A model generated the notes under the pieces. That model saw nothing but the letters and a program-made list of their open reading frames with translations, was not told where the DNA came from and searched no databases. This document shows positions 18,628-29,909 of a DNA stretch of 64,000 bases, piece after piece (positions within the stretch are counted from its first letter, which is position 1; every line of letters starts with the position of its first letter). Source of the stretch: Bacteroidota bacterium (GTDB lineage Bacteria; Bacteroidota; Bacteroidia; UBA4408); the NCBI GenBank assembly GCA_040385525.1, contig JAZKHE010000004.1:35357-99356 (forward strand), written 5' to 3'. Both the position numbers and the translations under genes were made by a program.

Positions 18628-21399
18628 ATGAAGAATAAATTTATTATTGCTGCTATTTCAATAATAGCAATTATTCCGTTTTTAATTCCAAAACAAAACG
18701 GCGTTAAACAAAAATTTGTTTTTAAAGGAAAACAAGCAATGGATGGACCATCAGAAAGATTATTGTGGGAATACAATCGTTTAGTTGATCCAGCAACAGG
18801 AAAAATACCAGCTAATATTCGCGAAAAAGAACTTGAGTTTGCAGCAACATTAAACAATAATACCAGTAATAAAACAAATGCTTTAGAACCATTATATTGG
18901 ACTAACAGAGGGCCAATTAACTTAGGCGGAAGAACTAGAGCTTTAGCTTTAGATGCAAGTTCAGAAAGTGTTATTTTAGCAGGTGCTGTTTCTGGCGGAA
19001 TGTGGAAATCTACAAATGGCGGAACAAGTTGGTATAAAACAACTTCACCTTCAGTTCAACAAAGCGTTACGTGTATTGCGCAAGATACAAGAGCTGGTAA
19101 AAGAAATATTTGGTATTATGGTTCTGGCGAAGGCTATGGCTCTTCTGCAACTGGCGATGGAGCTTTTTTTACTGGTAGTGGAATGTATAAATCTATCGAT
19201 AATGGAGAAACGTGGACATCGCTAACAGCAACAGCATCTAATACCCCTACAAATTTTGATAATATTTGGGACATAATATGGAATGTTGCTACAGATGCCT
19301 CTAACGAAACGCAAGACGAAGTTTACGCTGCAACTTATGGCGCAATTTGGAGAAGTGTAAATGGTGGAACAAATTGGGCAGCTGTTAGAGGTGGAAGTAA
19401 TGGTGATGCATATGCTACAGATGTAGCTGTTACACCTAGCGGAATAGTTTATGCTACAATTAGTAGCGATGGTGTTGGCAAAGGAATTTGGCGTTCTGTT
19501 GATGGTACAACTTGGACAAGTATTATTCCGCCAACATTCCCAACAACGTATAATAGAATTGTAATTGGTATTGATCCTAATAACGAAAACAATGTTTGGT
19601 TTTTAGGAGAAACTCCTGGTGCTGGAAAAACAACTACAAACTATCAAGGGGACCCTGAGCAAAATAGTTTATGGAAATACACCTACATTGCCGGAAACGG
19701 AAGTGGCGCAGATGGCAGCTGGACTGATTTATCAGCAAATTTACCACAAAATGGAACAGAGTTCGACAACTTTAATTCACAAGGTGGCTATGATTTATTA
19801 GTTAGAGTTAGTCCGTTTAATTCTAACCACGTAATTATTGGTGGAACAAATTTATTTTTCTCTACAGATGGTTTCGTAACAATGAACAATACAAAGCAAA
19901 TTGGTGGCTATGGAGTTGGAACAAGTATTCCTATTTTTACTTCCTATCCTAATCATCACCCTGATCAACACAATTTAATATTCTCAAAAACGAATAGCAA
20001 TGTTGTTTATTCATCGAGTGATGGTGGTGTAAATAAAACATCTAATTTATTTGACAATTCAGTTACGTGGACTACGTTGAACAACGGTTATTATTCATCA
20101 CAATTTTATACACTTGCAGTTGATCAATATACTAGTAGTGATATTATTTTAGCTGGTGCTCAAGATAACGGAACACAATTTGTAAATAGTTCTTCAAAAA
20201 ATAAACCTTGGGTAATGAGCGAAAATGGAGATGGTTCATTTTGCGCCATTGCTCGTAATGCTAAATATTTTTATACTTCGCGTCAACAAGGAATAGTTGT
20301 AAAAAGTAATATTGATATAAATACTGGGCTATTAATTTCATACACACGTATAGACCCAGACGCTGCGATTACAGCAGATTACGACTTTATTAATCCATTT
20401 ATTTTAGATGCCAATAACGATAACATAATGTATATTGCTGGAGGCAAACAAATCTTTAGATGCAGTAATTTAGCTCAGTTTACGATTGATAACACTTGGA
20501 ACAAAAAAACTACTGGCTGGGATGCATTAACGAATACTTTTGACGCAACAAGAAAAATAACTGCTTTGGCTTCGTCAAAAGGAGAAATTAAACGTTTGTA
20601 TTATGGAACAAACAACCAACGAGTTTATAAAATTGATAATCCAGAAAGCGGTAATACAACTCCTGTAAATATTACAAGTTTACAATTCCCAGCTGGGGCA
20701 ACAGTTTCGAGCATTGCTGTAGATCCAGAAAATGCGGATAGATTATTAGTTTGTTTTAGTAATTACGCTGTTTATAGTTTATTTTTAAGCGAAGATGGTG
20801 GATCAACTTTTACAAAAGTAGCAGGGAACTTAGAGCAAAATATTACAACAGGTGCTGGTAACGGACCATCATTTAGAGGCGCCACAATTTTACCTTTGCC
20901 AGATGGCACAAGAGTTTATTTTGTAGCTACAAGTATTGGTGTGTTTGCAACCGATAATTTAAGTGGAACTGCAACAATTTGGGAACAACAAAGCCCAACA
21001 CAAATAGGAAATTTAGTTTGTAGCACAATACTTAGCAGACCTACCGATGGTTTAGTTGTAGTTGGAACACATGGTAATGGAATTTATTCTACTCGCTACC
21101 CAATTGGCTTAAGTGCAAAAAATAAATCAGAAAATTCAATTAAAAAAATTGTAGTTTATCCAAATCCTGCCAGCAATTATATTAAAATATCTATTCCCGA
21201 AAATATAGTTAATACTTCAGGAAACGTTCGTATTATAAATGCAAATGGCAAATTAGTTTATAATGAAAATGAAAAGCTGAATCAAAACAAAATGATTTCT
21301 ACAAGCGATTTAAGCAATGGAAATTATTTTTTACTAATCGAAAATAAAGGAACAAAATACTCACAACAGTTTATAATCAATCACCATGAAAAAAATTAA
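18628..21399 (+). CDS. T9SS-secreted BNR/Asp-box repeat protein (sialidase/sortilin-like beta-propeller).
   Basis: Multiple SxDxGxTW Asp-box motifs (STNGGTSWY, SIDNGETWT, SVNGGTNWA, SVDGTTWT, SEDGGSTFT). C-terminal T9SS sorting domain VYPNPASNYIKISIP...NGNYFLLIENKGTKYSQQFII. Confidence 0.8.
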   Translation: MKNKFIIAAISIIAIIPFLIPKQNGVKQKFVFKGKQAMDGPSERLLWEYNRLVDPATGKIPANIREKELEFAATLNNNTSNKTNALEPLYWTNRGPINLGGRTRALALDASSESVILAGAVSGGMWKSTNGGTSWYKTTSPSVQQSVTCIAQDTRAGKRNIWYYGSGEGYGSSATGDGAFFTGSGMYKSIDNGETWTSLTATASNTPTNFDNIWDIIWNVATDASNETQDEVYAATYGAIWRSVNGGTNWAAVRGGSNGDAYATDVAVTPSGIVYATISSDGVGKGIWRSVDGTTWTSIIPPTFPTTYNRIVIGIDPNNENNVWFLGETPGAGKTTTNYQGDPEQNSLWKYTYIAGNGSGADGSWTDLSANLPQNGTEFDNFNSQGGYDLLVRVSPFNSNHVIIGGTNLFFSTDGFVTMNNTKQIGGYGVGTSIPIFTSYPNHHPDQHNLIFSKTNSNVVYSSSDGGVNKTSNLFDNSVTWTTLNNGYYSSQFYTLAVDQYTSSDIILAGAQDNGTQFVNSSSKNKPWVMSENGDGSFCAIARNAKYFYTSRQQGIVVKSNIDINTGLLISYTRIDPDAAITADYDFINPFILDANNDNIMYIAGGKQIFRCSNLAQFTIDNTWNKKTTGWDALTNTFDATRKITALASSKGEIKRLYYGTNNQRVYKIDNPESGNTTPVNITSLQFPAGATVSSIAVDPENADRLLVCFSNYAVYSLFLSEDGGSTFTKVAGNLEQNITTGAGNGPSFRGATILPLPDGTRVYFVATSIGVFATDNLSGTATIWEQQSPTQIGNLVCSTILSRPTDGLVVVGTHGNGIYSTRYPIGLSAKNKSENSIKKIVVYPNPASNYIKISIPENIVNTSGNVRIINANGKLVYNENEKLNQNKMISTSDLSNGNYFLLIENKGTKYSQQFIINHHEKN

Positions 21400-23119
21400 A
21401 TTAGTTGTACTTTCTATACTGTTTGCTTGCACTTTAGCGAGTGCTCAAACAAAAACTAAACTATTTTACGATAAAGATTGGAAAGTTACCGAATCGGAAA
21501 ATAACGCTGCTTTTTATAGAATTTATTATTCTGATAATCAAAATAAAAACATTTTTACAGTTACCGATTATTTTATAAGTGGTGAAAAACAGTGGGAAGG
21601 CAAAATGTCGTATTTAGATAAAAAAGATAATTCTAAAGATATTGCAGAAGGACATTGCACTTGGTATTACAAGAGCGGAAAAGTACAGCGCACAAGCTTT
21701 ATGGTTAAAAATAAAGAAGACAGCGTAACTAATTCTTATTATGAAAATGGAAATAAAATGAGTGAATCTCATTTTTTAAATACAGAGTTAAATGGTACTT
21801 CGCAAGAATGGTATGAGAGTGGGAAAACTAAATTTAAAGCCGAATTTGCAAAAGGAGTTTTAGTAAATAGCAAGTTTACGCAATGCGACGAAGCTGACCG
21901 TTGTCAAGAAGTTTTTATTGATGACTTTAAAAAAAATAATAACAAATGGCCTGTAGGAAAATACTCATCTTACGAAAGTAAAGTAGACGAAAAGAAAGGC
22001 TTAGTAATAAAATCGAAAACAATAAGTAGTAATTCGCAACTAATAAATTTAGAATTACCCAACGAAAAAAACTTTACAATAGAAACAGTTATAAAATTTA
22101 ACGGAGGCGATATTGCTTCGGCTCACGGCGTTATTTTTGGTTTTGAAGATTGGAATAATTATTACGCAGTACAAATTACTGCCAACGGATTTTATCGTTT
22201 TGAAAAAACAGAAAATGGCATTAATAAAGCTACGCAAGGCTGGACTTACACTCCTTACATTCAAAAAAATAAAAAGGCAAACTATATAAAAATTAGTAAA
22301 GTTTACGATGAAATTTATGTTGTAATAAACAACAATCCTATTGGTGTTATTGAGTTTGATGAACTAAAAGGAAAAAAATTGGGTTATGTTTTTGCAGGTA
22401 AAAAAGAAATAATGATTAACACTTTAGTTGTAAAAACTGATGATGGAGATTTTTATGGAAAGATGAAACCGCCAACAAAAAAAGATAAAATTTGGAAAGG
22501 AAACGGCACTGGATTTTTTGTTTCGAACGAAGGACATATAGTTACCAATTACCATGTTGTAGAATATGCAAAAGAAATTGAAATTGAAATATTAGTTGGC
22601 GAAACACAAAAAATATACAAAGCAAAAGTATTAAGCACCGATAAGCAAAACGATTTAGCTGTGGTGAAAATTGAAGACGAAAATTTTGTTCCATTTACTA
22701 GTATTCCGTTTACAATAAAAACAGATATTTCTGATGTTGGTACAAATGTTTTTGCATTGGGTTACCCAATGGCGCTGAACGTTATGGGAATGGAAGTTAA
22801 GTTTACAGATGGTAAAATAAGCTCTAAAACTGGCGCTCAAGGCGATATTGCAACCTATCAAACATCAGTTCCTGTTCAACCAGGCAATAGCGGTGGGCCA
22901 TTATTTGATTACGATGGTAATTTAATTGGTGTTATTAATTCTAAAATAATGGCAGCAGATAATGTATCATACGCTATTAAAGCAAACTTTATAAAAAACC
23001 TTTTAGATGTTTTACCAACTCCTGTAAAAATGCCTGATGGTAAAGAGTTAACGAATAAAACACTAACAGAAAAAATCAAAATTCTTTCCAACTTTGTTCC
23101 TATTATTAAAATAAAATAA
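21386..23119 (+). CDS. Secreted trypsin-like (S1/Do-type) serine protease with an N-terminal MORN/YwqK-like repeat region.
   Basis: Signal peptide [21 protein letters not shown]. Catalytic His (TNYHVV), Asp (NDLAVVKIE) and Ser (GNSGGPLFD). N-terminal repeats of the form YYxSGKxxxxxxF. Confidence 0.75.
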   Translation: MKKIKLVVLSILFACTLASAQTKTKLFYDKDWKVTESENNAAFYRIYYSDNQNKNIFTVTDYFISGEKQWEGKMSYLDKKDNSKDIAEGHCTWYYKSGKVQRTSFMVKNKEDSVTNSYYENGNKMSESHFLNTELNGTSQEWYESGKTKFKAEFAKGVLVNSKFTQCDEADRCQEVFIDDFKKNNNKWPVGKYSSYESKVDEKKGLVIKSKTISSNSQLINLELPNEKNFTIETVIKFNGGDIASAHGVIFGFEDWNNYYAVQITANGFYRFEKTENGINKATQGWTYTPYIQKNKKANYIKISKVYDEIYVVINNNPIGVIEFDELKGKKLGYVFAGKKEIMINTLVVKTDDGDFYGKMKPPTKKDKIWKGNGTGFFVSNEGHIVTNYHVVEYAKEIEIEILVGETQKIYKAKVLSTDKQNDLAVVKIEDENFVPFTSIPFTIKTDISDVGTNVFALGYPMALNVMGMEVKFTDGKISSKTGAQGDIATYQTSVPVQPGNSGGPLFDYDGNLIGVINSKIMAADNVSYAIKANFIKNLLDVLPTPVKMPDGKELTNKTLTEKIKILSNFVPIIKIK

Positions 23120-23123
23120 ATTT

Positions 23124-24335
23124 ATGCGTAACAAAAAAGCTGCACTTAGTTTCATTTTTATAACGCTTTTACTCGATGTTATTGGTTTTGGAATTATTAT
23201 TCCAGTAATGCCTACATTAATTAGCGAATTAATTGGTGGAAACATGAGTGATGCTGCCATGTATGGCGGTTGGTTAATGTTTTCGTTTTCTGTAATGCAA
23301 TTTATTTTTGCTCCAGTACTGGGTAATTTAAGCGATAAATATGGCAGACGCCCAATTTTACTTTTCTCGTTATTTGGTTTTGGAATAGATTATTTGTTTT
23401 TAGCATTTGCTCCTACCCTTGCTTGGCTTTTTGTTGGGCGCATTGTTGCGGGAATTACAGGCGCGAGTATTACTACAGCAACAGCCTATATTGCAGATGT
23501 TAGTGAGCCAGAAAAACGTGCACAAAATTTTGGTTTAGTTGGTGCTGCATTTGGTTTAGGTTTTATTATTGGTCCTGTAATAGGCGGGTTACTTGGTCAG
23601 TATGGCTCACGTGTTCCATTTATAGCTGCAGCTGTGTTAACTTTATTAAATTGGCTGTATGGTTATTTTATTTTACCAGAATCGTTAAGCAAAGAAAACA
23701 GAAGAGAATTCAGTTGGAAACAAGCCAATCCAATTGGTTCGCTTATGCAATTAAAAAAATATCCTGTAATTTTAAGTTTAGTAGCATCTTTGGTTTTAGT
23801 TTATATTGCAGGCCATGCTACACAATCAACTTGGACATTTTTTACCATGGAAAAATTTAAATGGGACGAAAAAATGGTGGGTTATTCATTAGGAGCTGTA
23901 GGTGTTTTAGTTGCTATCGTTCAAGGTGGATTAATTCGCATTATTAATCCAAAACTTGGCGAAAAAAAATCAGTTTATTTTGGTTTGCTTTTATATGCCA
24001 TTGGCTATTTACTTTTTGCTTTTGCCACAGAAAGCTGGATGATGTTTGTGTTTTTAATTCCTTACTGCTTAGGAGGGATTGCTGGTCCAGCCTTGCAAGG
24101 AATAATATCTAATCAAGTAGCAGATAACGAGCAAGGCGAATTGCAGGGCGTTTTAACTAGTTTAATGAGTGTAACTTCTATAGTTGGTCCGCCTTTAATG
24201 ACGAATTTGTTTTCTTACTTTACACAGGCAGACGCTCCTTTTTACTTTGCTGGAGCGCCATTTTTAATGGGAGCAATTCTAACCTTAATAAGCTTGTTAT
24301 TCGTAATGCGTTCGTTAAAAAAACATATTAAGTAA
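23124..24335 (+). CDS. MFS transporter, DHA1/TetA-like 12-TM family.
   Basis: MFS signature [14 protein letters not shown]. 12 predicted hydrophobic segments. No claim about substrate. Confidence 0.8.
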   Translation: MRNKKAALSFIFITLLLDVIGFGIIIPVMPTLISELIGGNMSDAAMYGGWLMFSFSVMQFIFAPVLGNLSDKYGRRPILLFSLFGFGIDYLFLAFAPTLAWLFVGRIVAGITGASITTATAYIADVSEPEKRAQNFGLVGAAFGLGFIIGPVIGGLLGQYGSRVPFIAAAVLTLLNWLYGYFILPESLSKENRREFSWKQANPIGSLMQLKKYPVILSLVASLVLVYIAGHATQSTWTFFTMEKFKWDEKMVGYSLGAVGVLVAIVQGGLIRIINPKLGEKKSVYFGLLLYAIGYLLFAFATESWMMFVFLIPYCLGGIAGPALQGIISNQVADNEQGELQGVLTSLMSVTSIVGPPLMTNLFSYFTQADAPFYFAGAPFLMGAILTLISLLFVMRSLKKHIK

Positions 24336-24394
24336 GTTTTAGAAAATTTAAATAACAATTATTTTCTAGCAGAGTTTTTTATCTTTAAAAAAAT

Positions 24395-24796
24395 ATGACC
24401 ATGACAAAAATGTATAAATTCTTTTTGATTGCTGGTGCAACTCTTATATCAGCAGCTTGTTCTACACCGCCTGCTACTGAGCAAACAACAACAGTAGATT
24501 CCATTTCTTTGGCTACCAGCGATCCAGTAGAAGAACCCATTGGCGATTTGCCCGAACATAGCGATATCTTAACCTATATTGGTGAAAGCGAAAACGAAGA
24601 TAATCACTTATCCATTTTTGTTACCAAAAAACAAGATACCATTAGCATGGTGTTGCCTGTAAATCAGTTTTTAGCTGAGAGCGATAAAAATCATTTGTTC
24701 TCTGCGGTGTGGGAAGTACGCATGTTAACATCTGGTGGTGATTCAACACATAAATACGAGCAAGCGTATCTTATGAAATACAAAAGAATAAATTAA
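24395..24796 (+). CDS. Hypothetical lipoprotein.
   Basis: Signal with lipobox LISAACS. 133 aa. No recognisable domain. Confidence 0.45.
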   Translation: MTMTKMYKFFLIAGATLISAACSTPPATEQTTTVDSISLATSDPVEEPIGDLPEHSDILTYIGESENEDNHLSIFVTKKQDTISMVLPVNQFLAESDKNHLFSAVWEVRMLTSGGDSTHKYEQAYLMKYKRIN

Positions 24797-24936
24797 ATCT
24801 ATTTTATTTTTGTTACAAAGTAATGGCAGTCGGTATTTTATCGAAACTTCTACTTTGTTTAACTAATTCAACCTAAATAAGCAAATTGATAGGTAAAAAA
24901 CCTCTAGAATTTTGTTTAATAAAAAGCTATAAAAGC

Positions 24937-24966
24937 AAAAAAGCTCCTCATTTCTGAGAAGCTTTT
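24937..24966. terminator. Putative bidirectional intrinsic terminator hairpin at the island boundary.
   Basis: AAAAGCTCCTCA-TTTC-TGAGAAGCTTTT, a ~12-bp stem with one mismatch. T-run on the plus strand (TTTTG) and a longer one on the minus strand (TTTTTTGCTTTT). Confidence 0.45.
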
Positions 24967-24982
24967 GCGGTCCGGACGGGAC
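24967..24982. repeat. attR-like 16-bp direct repeat of the tRNA-Asp 3' end (GCGGTCCGGACGGGAC).
   Basis: Exact 16-mer match to 60611-60626, which is the 3' terminal 16 nt of tRNA-Asp (reverse complement). A GC-rich 16-mer in an AT-rich 64-kb window is very unlikely by chance. Confidence 0.7.
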
Positions 24983-25191
24983 ACCGCCAAAACCTCCAGA
25001 ACACTTGTATTTAGTAGTTTTTAATTTTTCAATTTTGCAAATTGTTAAACAATTGTGTTTTGATTAATAATATGACTTATTTTAATAAAAATTCGTTTTA
25101 TCATGCAAATCTATACTTTTTATTATAAAAACTCGCTATTCCGGTTAAAAACAGCGATTTATAAGACTTAAAGACCCTTTTGAATTTTCAA

Positions 25192-27264
25192 CTATGCTTT
25201 TATTGCATTTTCAAGCTCATTTATTTGGTTATTAATTACTGTTTCAAATTGAAAATAATCTTCTTTTTTAACAAACACATCATTTTTTACCCAAGCATCT
25301 GAAGCAAAATCACAAATCATTTTTTTAATCTCTTTTTCTTCAATTCTTGAAAAAGAAGTTAAGTGTTGTGCCATTTTAAGCAGCAATAATTTGTTGCGTT
25401 TTAAAATTGTTTCAGCCTCTTGTTCACATTCGTAAATTAAGGTCATTACTTCTTCACTATGTATTGATTTATGCACGATAGCTAAATCATCATGCGTATG
25501 TGAAAATCGGATAAATACAGGGTCATTACCCATCCCATATTCTTTTATAGCGCGATTAGCCATTTCACTTATTTTTTCAATATCACTAGAAACACCAGAC
25601 GAAGTTTGTTCTTCCCCAAAAATAATTTTTTCAGCCACATATCCTCCTAAACCAATTATTATTTCTTTTTTTAGAATTTCACGCGTGAGTGGTCCCTCTG
25701 GCATATTCACCATACAAAAACCTTCAGCAGTTGCTGAAACAGTTTTAGAAACAACTAAAGAAGGAATAATACGTAGTGTTAATGCAGCCAAAATAGCATG
25801 ACCTGATTCATGAACAGCTGTATGAGCTTGCAAATTTTTATTGTTAATTTTTCGGAGTTCGCCTACTTTAAGCATAGGCTTTTCAACATAAGTATTAATT
25901 GTATTATTTGCATGATCTTTAAAAACAAAAATGAAATTTTCATCTACATAATCCCAATTTACAGAATTTGTTTCTAGTTTTTTTTCAATAATTTCTAAAA
26001 CTATTTTACTTATACTTCCTTCAATTACATTTTTAACCGTTGTGAAAATTGGCCTTGTACCTTGAGCTGGATAAACCCCCTCGCTGTAAACTACATCAAC
26101 AACATTTTCGCTAAAATTAATTTCAAAATTGAAATATTCTTTTACATATATGTTTATTGCATTTAGTTTTTGGGTAATGATATCTCTAAAATTTTGATTG
26201 GTAAAAGAACGAAAGATGATATGATTATTTCCCAAACGGGCAATTTGTTCGTTTCGAAATCTTTCTTGAAGAGCTTTTTTTATATGCGCTACATTTATTT
26301 TTAGAGTTGCTTCATTCAATTCATCAGCACTAATATCTGGATTCATACTATGACTCATATAGTAAGCCTCATCTAAATTTCCTAAAACAAAAATAAGTCC
26401 TCTAGACAAATCCAATTGTTTAATAGCGGTTCTTTTGTTCATGCCTTCTATTAGCAAACGTTGAATGCCTTTTAAATCTGTATTTTCAATAATCTCCTTT
26501 AATTTGTTTCTAGTTATAGATAGATCATTATATAAATAGAAAACTCCATCAATAAAATCATTAGAAAGAAAATAATTGCTATTTACACTCTCTCCATTTC
26601 TATTAGCATTCTCAAAATAAAAATCGCTAAATGTATTTAAAAATTCACTTTCACTATTTATTACAACTCCATCTCTGATACCAACTCCTTTATCTTCGCA
26701 TTTAAGCAAATAAACCAGACAAATTTCTGCACGCACAACGTAGTAAGAATTATGATAAGGTATGTAATTCACTTTACCACTATCAAGTAAATCCCATATT
26801 ACTCTTAATTTATCTTTTCCTAATTCATTACCTTCTTTGTTTATCGTTCTCGCAAACTGAAATTCATCAAAACAAATTATACCCGGCTGCTCATGGAAAA
26901 ATTCTAGGTCATCAGTAAACATTCCTTTTATCCACGAAGCCGAATCTGATTCAAATTCACCCATATCCATTTGAACATATAAACGCTTGTAATCCAATAA
27001 TTCAACCATTTTGTTTACTAAAGCAGTTTTTCCAGATCCGGTTAAACCCCACATATTAATTACTGTTGGTCTTAGTTGAGCGTCAGGAAAAAGATACCAC
27101 GGTGTTATTAAATTAATTACTTCATCAATAATATTATTTAGTCCAATAAATTCTTTTTTCAAAGTTTTTTGTACTTCGTTTAATCTTTGTTTCTTTAAAA
27201 CTATATTATCGTATATATCGATTTTATTCATATTATTTTTTCTTTGTAAACTTTGATCCTTCAT
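25192..27264 (-). CDS. Cytoplasmic P-loop ATPase fused to an FtsH-like M41 zinc-metallopeptidase domain. No transmembrane segment.
   Basis: Walker A GLTGSGKT and Walker B ICFDEFQ in the N-terminal half. C-terminal HESGHAIL (HExxH) and the third-ligand region [40 protein letters not shown] match the FtsH protease domain. Its start overlaps the 3' end of prfH by 32 nt. Confidence 0.65.
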   Translation of the reverse strand: MKDQSLQRKNNMNKIDIYDNIVLKKQRLNEVQKTLKKEFIGLNNIIDEVINLITPWYLFPDAQLRPTVINMWGLTGSGKTALVNKMVELLDYKRLYVQMDMGEFESDSASWIKGMFTDDLEFFHEQPGIICFDEFQFARTINKEGNELGKDKLRVIWDLLDSGKVNYIPYHNSYYVVRAEICLVYLLKCEDKGVGIRDGVVINSESEFLNTFSDFYFENANRNGESVNSNYFLSNDFIDGVFYLYNDLSITRNKLKEIIENTDLKGIQRLLIEGMNKRTAIKQLDLSRGLIFVLGNLDEAYYMSHSMNPDISADELNEATLKINVAHIKKALQERFRNEQIARLGNNHIIFRSFTNQNFRDIITQKLNAINIYVKEYFNFEINFSENVVDVVYSEGVYPAQGTRPIFTTVKNVIEGSISKIVLEIIEKKLETNSVNWDYVDENFIFVFKDHANNTINTYVEKPMLKVGELRKINNKNLQAHTAVHESGHAILAALTLRIIPSLVVSKTVSATAEGFCMVNMPEGPLTREILKKEIIIGLGGYVAEKIIFGEEQTSSGVSSDIEKISEMANRAIKEYGMGNDPVFIRFSHTHDDLAIVHKSIHSEEVMTLIYECEQEAETILKRNKLLLLKMAQHLTSFSRIEEKEIKKMICDFASDAWVKNDVFVKKEDYFQFETVINNQINELENAIKA

Positions 27265-27862
27265 AAATTCTTTTAGGATTTCCGCGTTCGAGTAAGTTAT
27301 GATTATTCCACAGTTTATATTGCTCTTCCATTGCTTGATGTAATTGCCATTTAGTATACTCTTCTTGTAATTTTAATGCAGCAATTTTTTTATTCTGTAA
27401 TTGTGAACGGCTCTCATTTATAGTAATCTGTATTCCAGAGGAAATGTGTTTAGCTCTTACAGCCGTTTCCACTTTATTTACATTTTGACCTCCAGGGCCC
27501 GAAGAACGCATAGTTTGATATACAATATCCTTTTCATTCCATGGTGGGAGGTCTATTAAATTAATATTGTAAATTCCAATGAACCAGTTTTTTCGTTTAT
27601 GCAATTTTCTATATGGGCTTTGATTGATCCAGAGTAAAACACCTGTCCATGAATTTATAAAACTATCTACATTTTTACCTTTCAATTTAATAGATACAGA
27701 AGAATAAGTACCTTCTTCAATTCCTTTAGTTTGTTCAATTATTTCATACATCAATTTTAACTCATTTGCTTCTTTTAGCAATTCATTTAAAGCTAACGCA
27801 ACTGCCTTACAGCATTCTGAAGGGCCTTTTCCCGATGTTATTTGTATAATTTTTGTGTCCAT
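27233..27862 (-). CDS. prfH: Peptide chain release factor homolog PrfH (RF-H).
   Basis: 209 aa with GGQ motif ([16 protein letters not shown]). N-terminal ...[17 protein letters not shown] typical of PrfH. It lies immediately downstream of an rtcB, the classic rtcB-prfH pairing. Confidence 0.75.
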   Translation of the reverse strand: MDTKIIQITSGKGPSECCKAVALALNELLKEANELKLMYEIIEQTKGIEEGTYSSVSIKLKGKNVDSFINSWTGVLLWINQSPYRKLHKRKNWFIGIYNINLIDLPPWNEKDIVYQTMRSSGPGGQNVNKVETAVRAKHISSGIQITINESRSQLQNKKIAALKLQEEYTKWQLHQAMEEQYKLWNNHNLLERGNPKRIYEGSKFTKKK

Positions 27863-27904
27863 TTTTTTAAAATTAAGAGGCTGTTTAATTACAACCTCTT
27901 TTGT

Positions 27905-29308
27905 TTAACTTTTATTCATCCTTACTATTCTTGGCGTAAACGAGCCTTCAACATTAACGAGGCCGGATTGATTACTCATAACTGTTTCAATATCTTTATA
28001 AGCTAATGAAGATTCTTGGACACTACCACCAATTAATTTAACCTTGTGTTGATCAAGAGTTACGTTCATTTGTGATTTTGTTATTTTTTCACTTGCTTCT
28101 CTTCTCGACATTTTTCTTCCAGCTCCATGTGAAGCAGAGTTCAATGAACCTGAAGCTCCAACACCACTAACAATATAGCCTTTACTCGTCATACTACCCG
28201 GAATGATCCCCAATTCACCTTTAGCAGCAGGGGTAGCTCCTTTTCTGTGCACTATTAATTCTTGCCCATCGTGGATTTCTTTCCATGCAAAATTGTGATG
28301 GTTTTCAACTTTACAAATGGCTTTTAAACCCATAAAACGTTCTAGATTATTATGAATTACATCGTGGCAAGCTTTAGCATAGTCGCCTGCTAAATTCATC
28401 GATAACCAATATTCTTGGCCAGCTTCGTCATCCATACTCAACCATGCCATAGAACGCATTTCTTTTGGAAGTTTACATTTTTCCATTGCAATTTTTGTGT
28501 AAATACCTGCAATAGTAGCTCCCATTCCTCTAGACCCGCTGTGCGATAATAAGCCAATGTATTTCCCTGCAGCAATTCCTAAAGCGTTATTTTCATTTAT
28601 TTCCACATCACCAAATTCAACAAAATGATTTCCTGTACCCGAAGAACCTAGCTGATAACGAGCTTTTCCATGCAATCTTTTAAGCAAATCGGTTGCTTTA
28701 AATTCCCGTCGTTCCAAAACTTCATGATCTACATCAAAATCAAGCGTACCATCATTACCAAAATGAGTACATCTACGTAAAGCTTTTTGCAAATCATACT
28801 CTTTTTTAAGAATATAATTTTCTGGCAATTCATAGATACTTAAAGCCATTCTGCATCCAATATCTAAGCCAACTCCAAAAGGAATTACAGCGTTGTTAAC
28901 AGCAAGTGCAGCTCCAATTGGTAAACCATAACCATGGTGCGCATCAGGCATTAAAGCTCCTTTAACCGATACAGGTAAACGCATCGCTGCTTCCATTTGA
29001 AGAATAGCATTTTGACCAATAAGACGTTGACCGTAAATAGTAAAATCGCCAGTGTTTTTAAGCACATGAACTTCGTAACTGGTTTTAATTTTTGGCTTAC
29101 CACATAACTCATCTGATAAGGGTTTCAAAAATTCGTGTTCCAAATATTGTTCAGGATCTAAAAGAACGTTATTAATTATTTCTAATTTTTCATCTATCGA
29201 AAAGTGTTTATAGTTTTTCGACATAATATTTATAGCCACACTTTTGGCTATATCTGATGGGAAATCAAATTTTCTAAGATGCTTTCCCGTTATGAGATTT
29301 TTTCCCAT
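27905..29308 (-). CDS. rtcB: RtcB-family RNA 3'-phosphate ligase (paralog B, PrfH-associated).
   Basis: 467 aa. RtcB motifs GNHFVEFG, HSGSRGMG, SASHGAGRKMSR. Confidence 0.8.
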   Translation of the reverse strand: MGKNLITGKHLRKFDFPSDIAKSVAINIMSKNYKHFSIDEKLEIINNVLLDPEQYLEHEFLKPLSDELCGKPKIKTSYEVHVLKNTGDFTIYGQRLIGQNAILQMEAAMRLPVSVKGALMPDAHHGYGLPIGAALAVNNAVIPFGVGLDIGCRMALSIYELPENYILKKEYDLQKALRRCTHFGNDGTLDFDVDHEVLERREFKATDLLKRLHGKARYQLGSSGTGNHFVEFGDVEINENNALGIAAGKYIGLLSHSGSRGMGATIAGIYTKIAMEKCKLPKEMRSMAWLSMDDEAGQEYWLSMNLAGDYAKACHDVIHNNLERFMGLKAICKVENHHNFAWKEIHDGQELIVHRKGATPAAKGELGIIPGSMTSKGYIVSGVGASGSLNSASHGAGRKMSRREASEKITKSQMNVTLDQHKVKLIGGSVQESSLAYKDIETVMSNQSGLVNVEGSFTPRIVRMNKS

Positions 29309-29490
29309 GATATTTTTTAAATTTTATGGGCATGATTTTTCCTTTACAGTTTTTTTAATGCAAAGGATAAGTTCATAAAACGCATAGCATTTTTACCCTG
29401 TTTTTTTTTATAAAATGATTTTTTGGTTTCCGGATTTTTCTGTCTCCCCAGAATTTTATTTGTTTTTAGTTTATTTTGAAAAAATAAAAC

Positions 29491-29520
29491 AAATAAAAAA
29501 GCCCGGCATTAAACCGGGCT
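29491..29520 (-). terminator. Rho-independent terminator downstream of rtcB paralog A.
   Basis: Minus-strand reading: GCCCGGTTTAATGCCGGGC hairpin (6-bp GC-rich stem) followed by TTTTTTATTTG. Confidence 0.6.
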
Positions 29521-29909
29521 GAATATATTGATATTAGCAGCTTTTCGGCTTAAAACGTCGTATGTGAATTTGCTACTAACATAATTTCTTTTCTTTTTTT
29601 GGTTGGTGTTTTTTAATAAATCTGTCACAAATGTAAATCAAAAAATTGATTTGTCAAGTACAAAATATTTTTTTTTGCGTTAAAATTATTTCATTTATTT
29701 TTTTTAACCTTCAGAAGCATTGTAAAAAAAGGTGTTATAGAGGTTAATTAAAATGATTATAAATTTACCAAAGTCAAAAAAATTAAACAAAGTTTTTGTT
29801 GAGCTATCAGTTATAAAACAGAATAGGGTTTCAACCTAGATCCTTCAATTTGTCAATAGACAGACGACGATCAACCGAAGTGTCTCTATTCATGTCACTT
29901 TTGAATACT

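Noticed and set aside
18609-18857. 82-aa minus-strand ORF
   Set aside because: Antisense overlap with the well-supported BNR-repeat gene start at 18628. Spurious.
24967-24982. Possibility that the 16-bp repeat is coincidental
   Set aside because: Not rejected outright. It was tested by a rough composition-aware estimate (13 of 16 positions are G/C in ~33% GC DNA, giving an expectation well below 0.05 for the window). It is also supported by the integrase/tRNA context, so it is kept as a finding.
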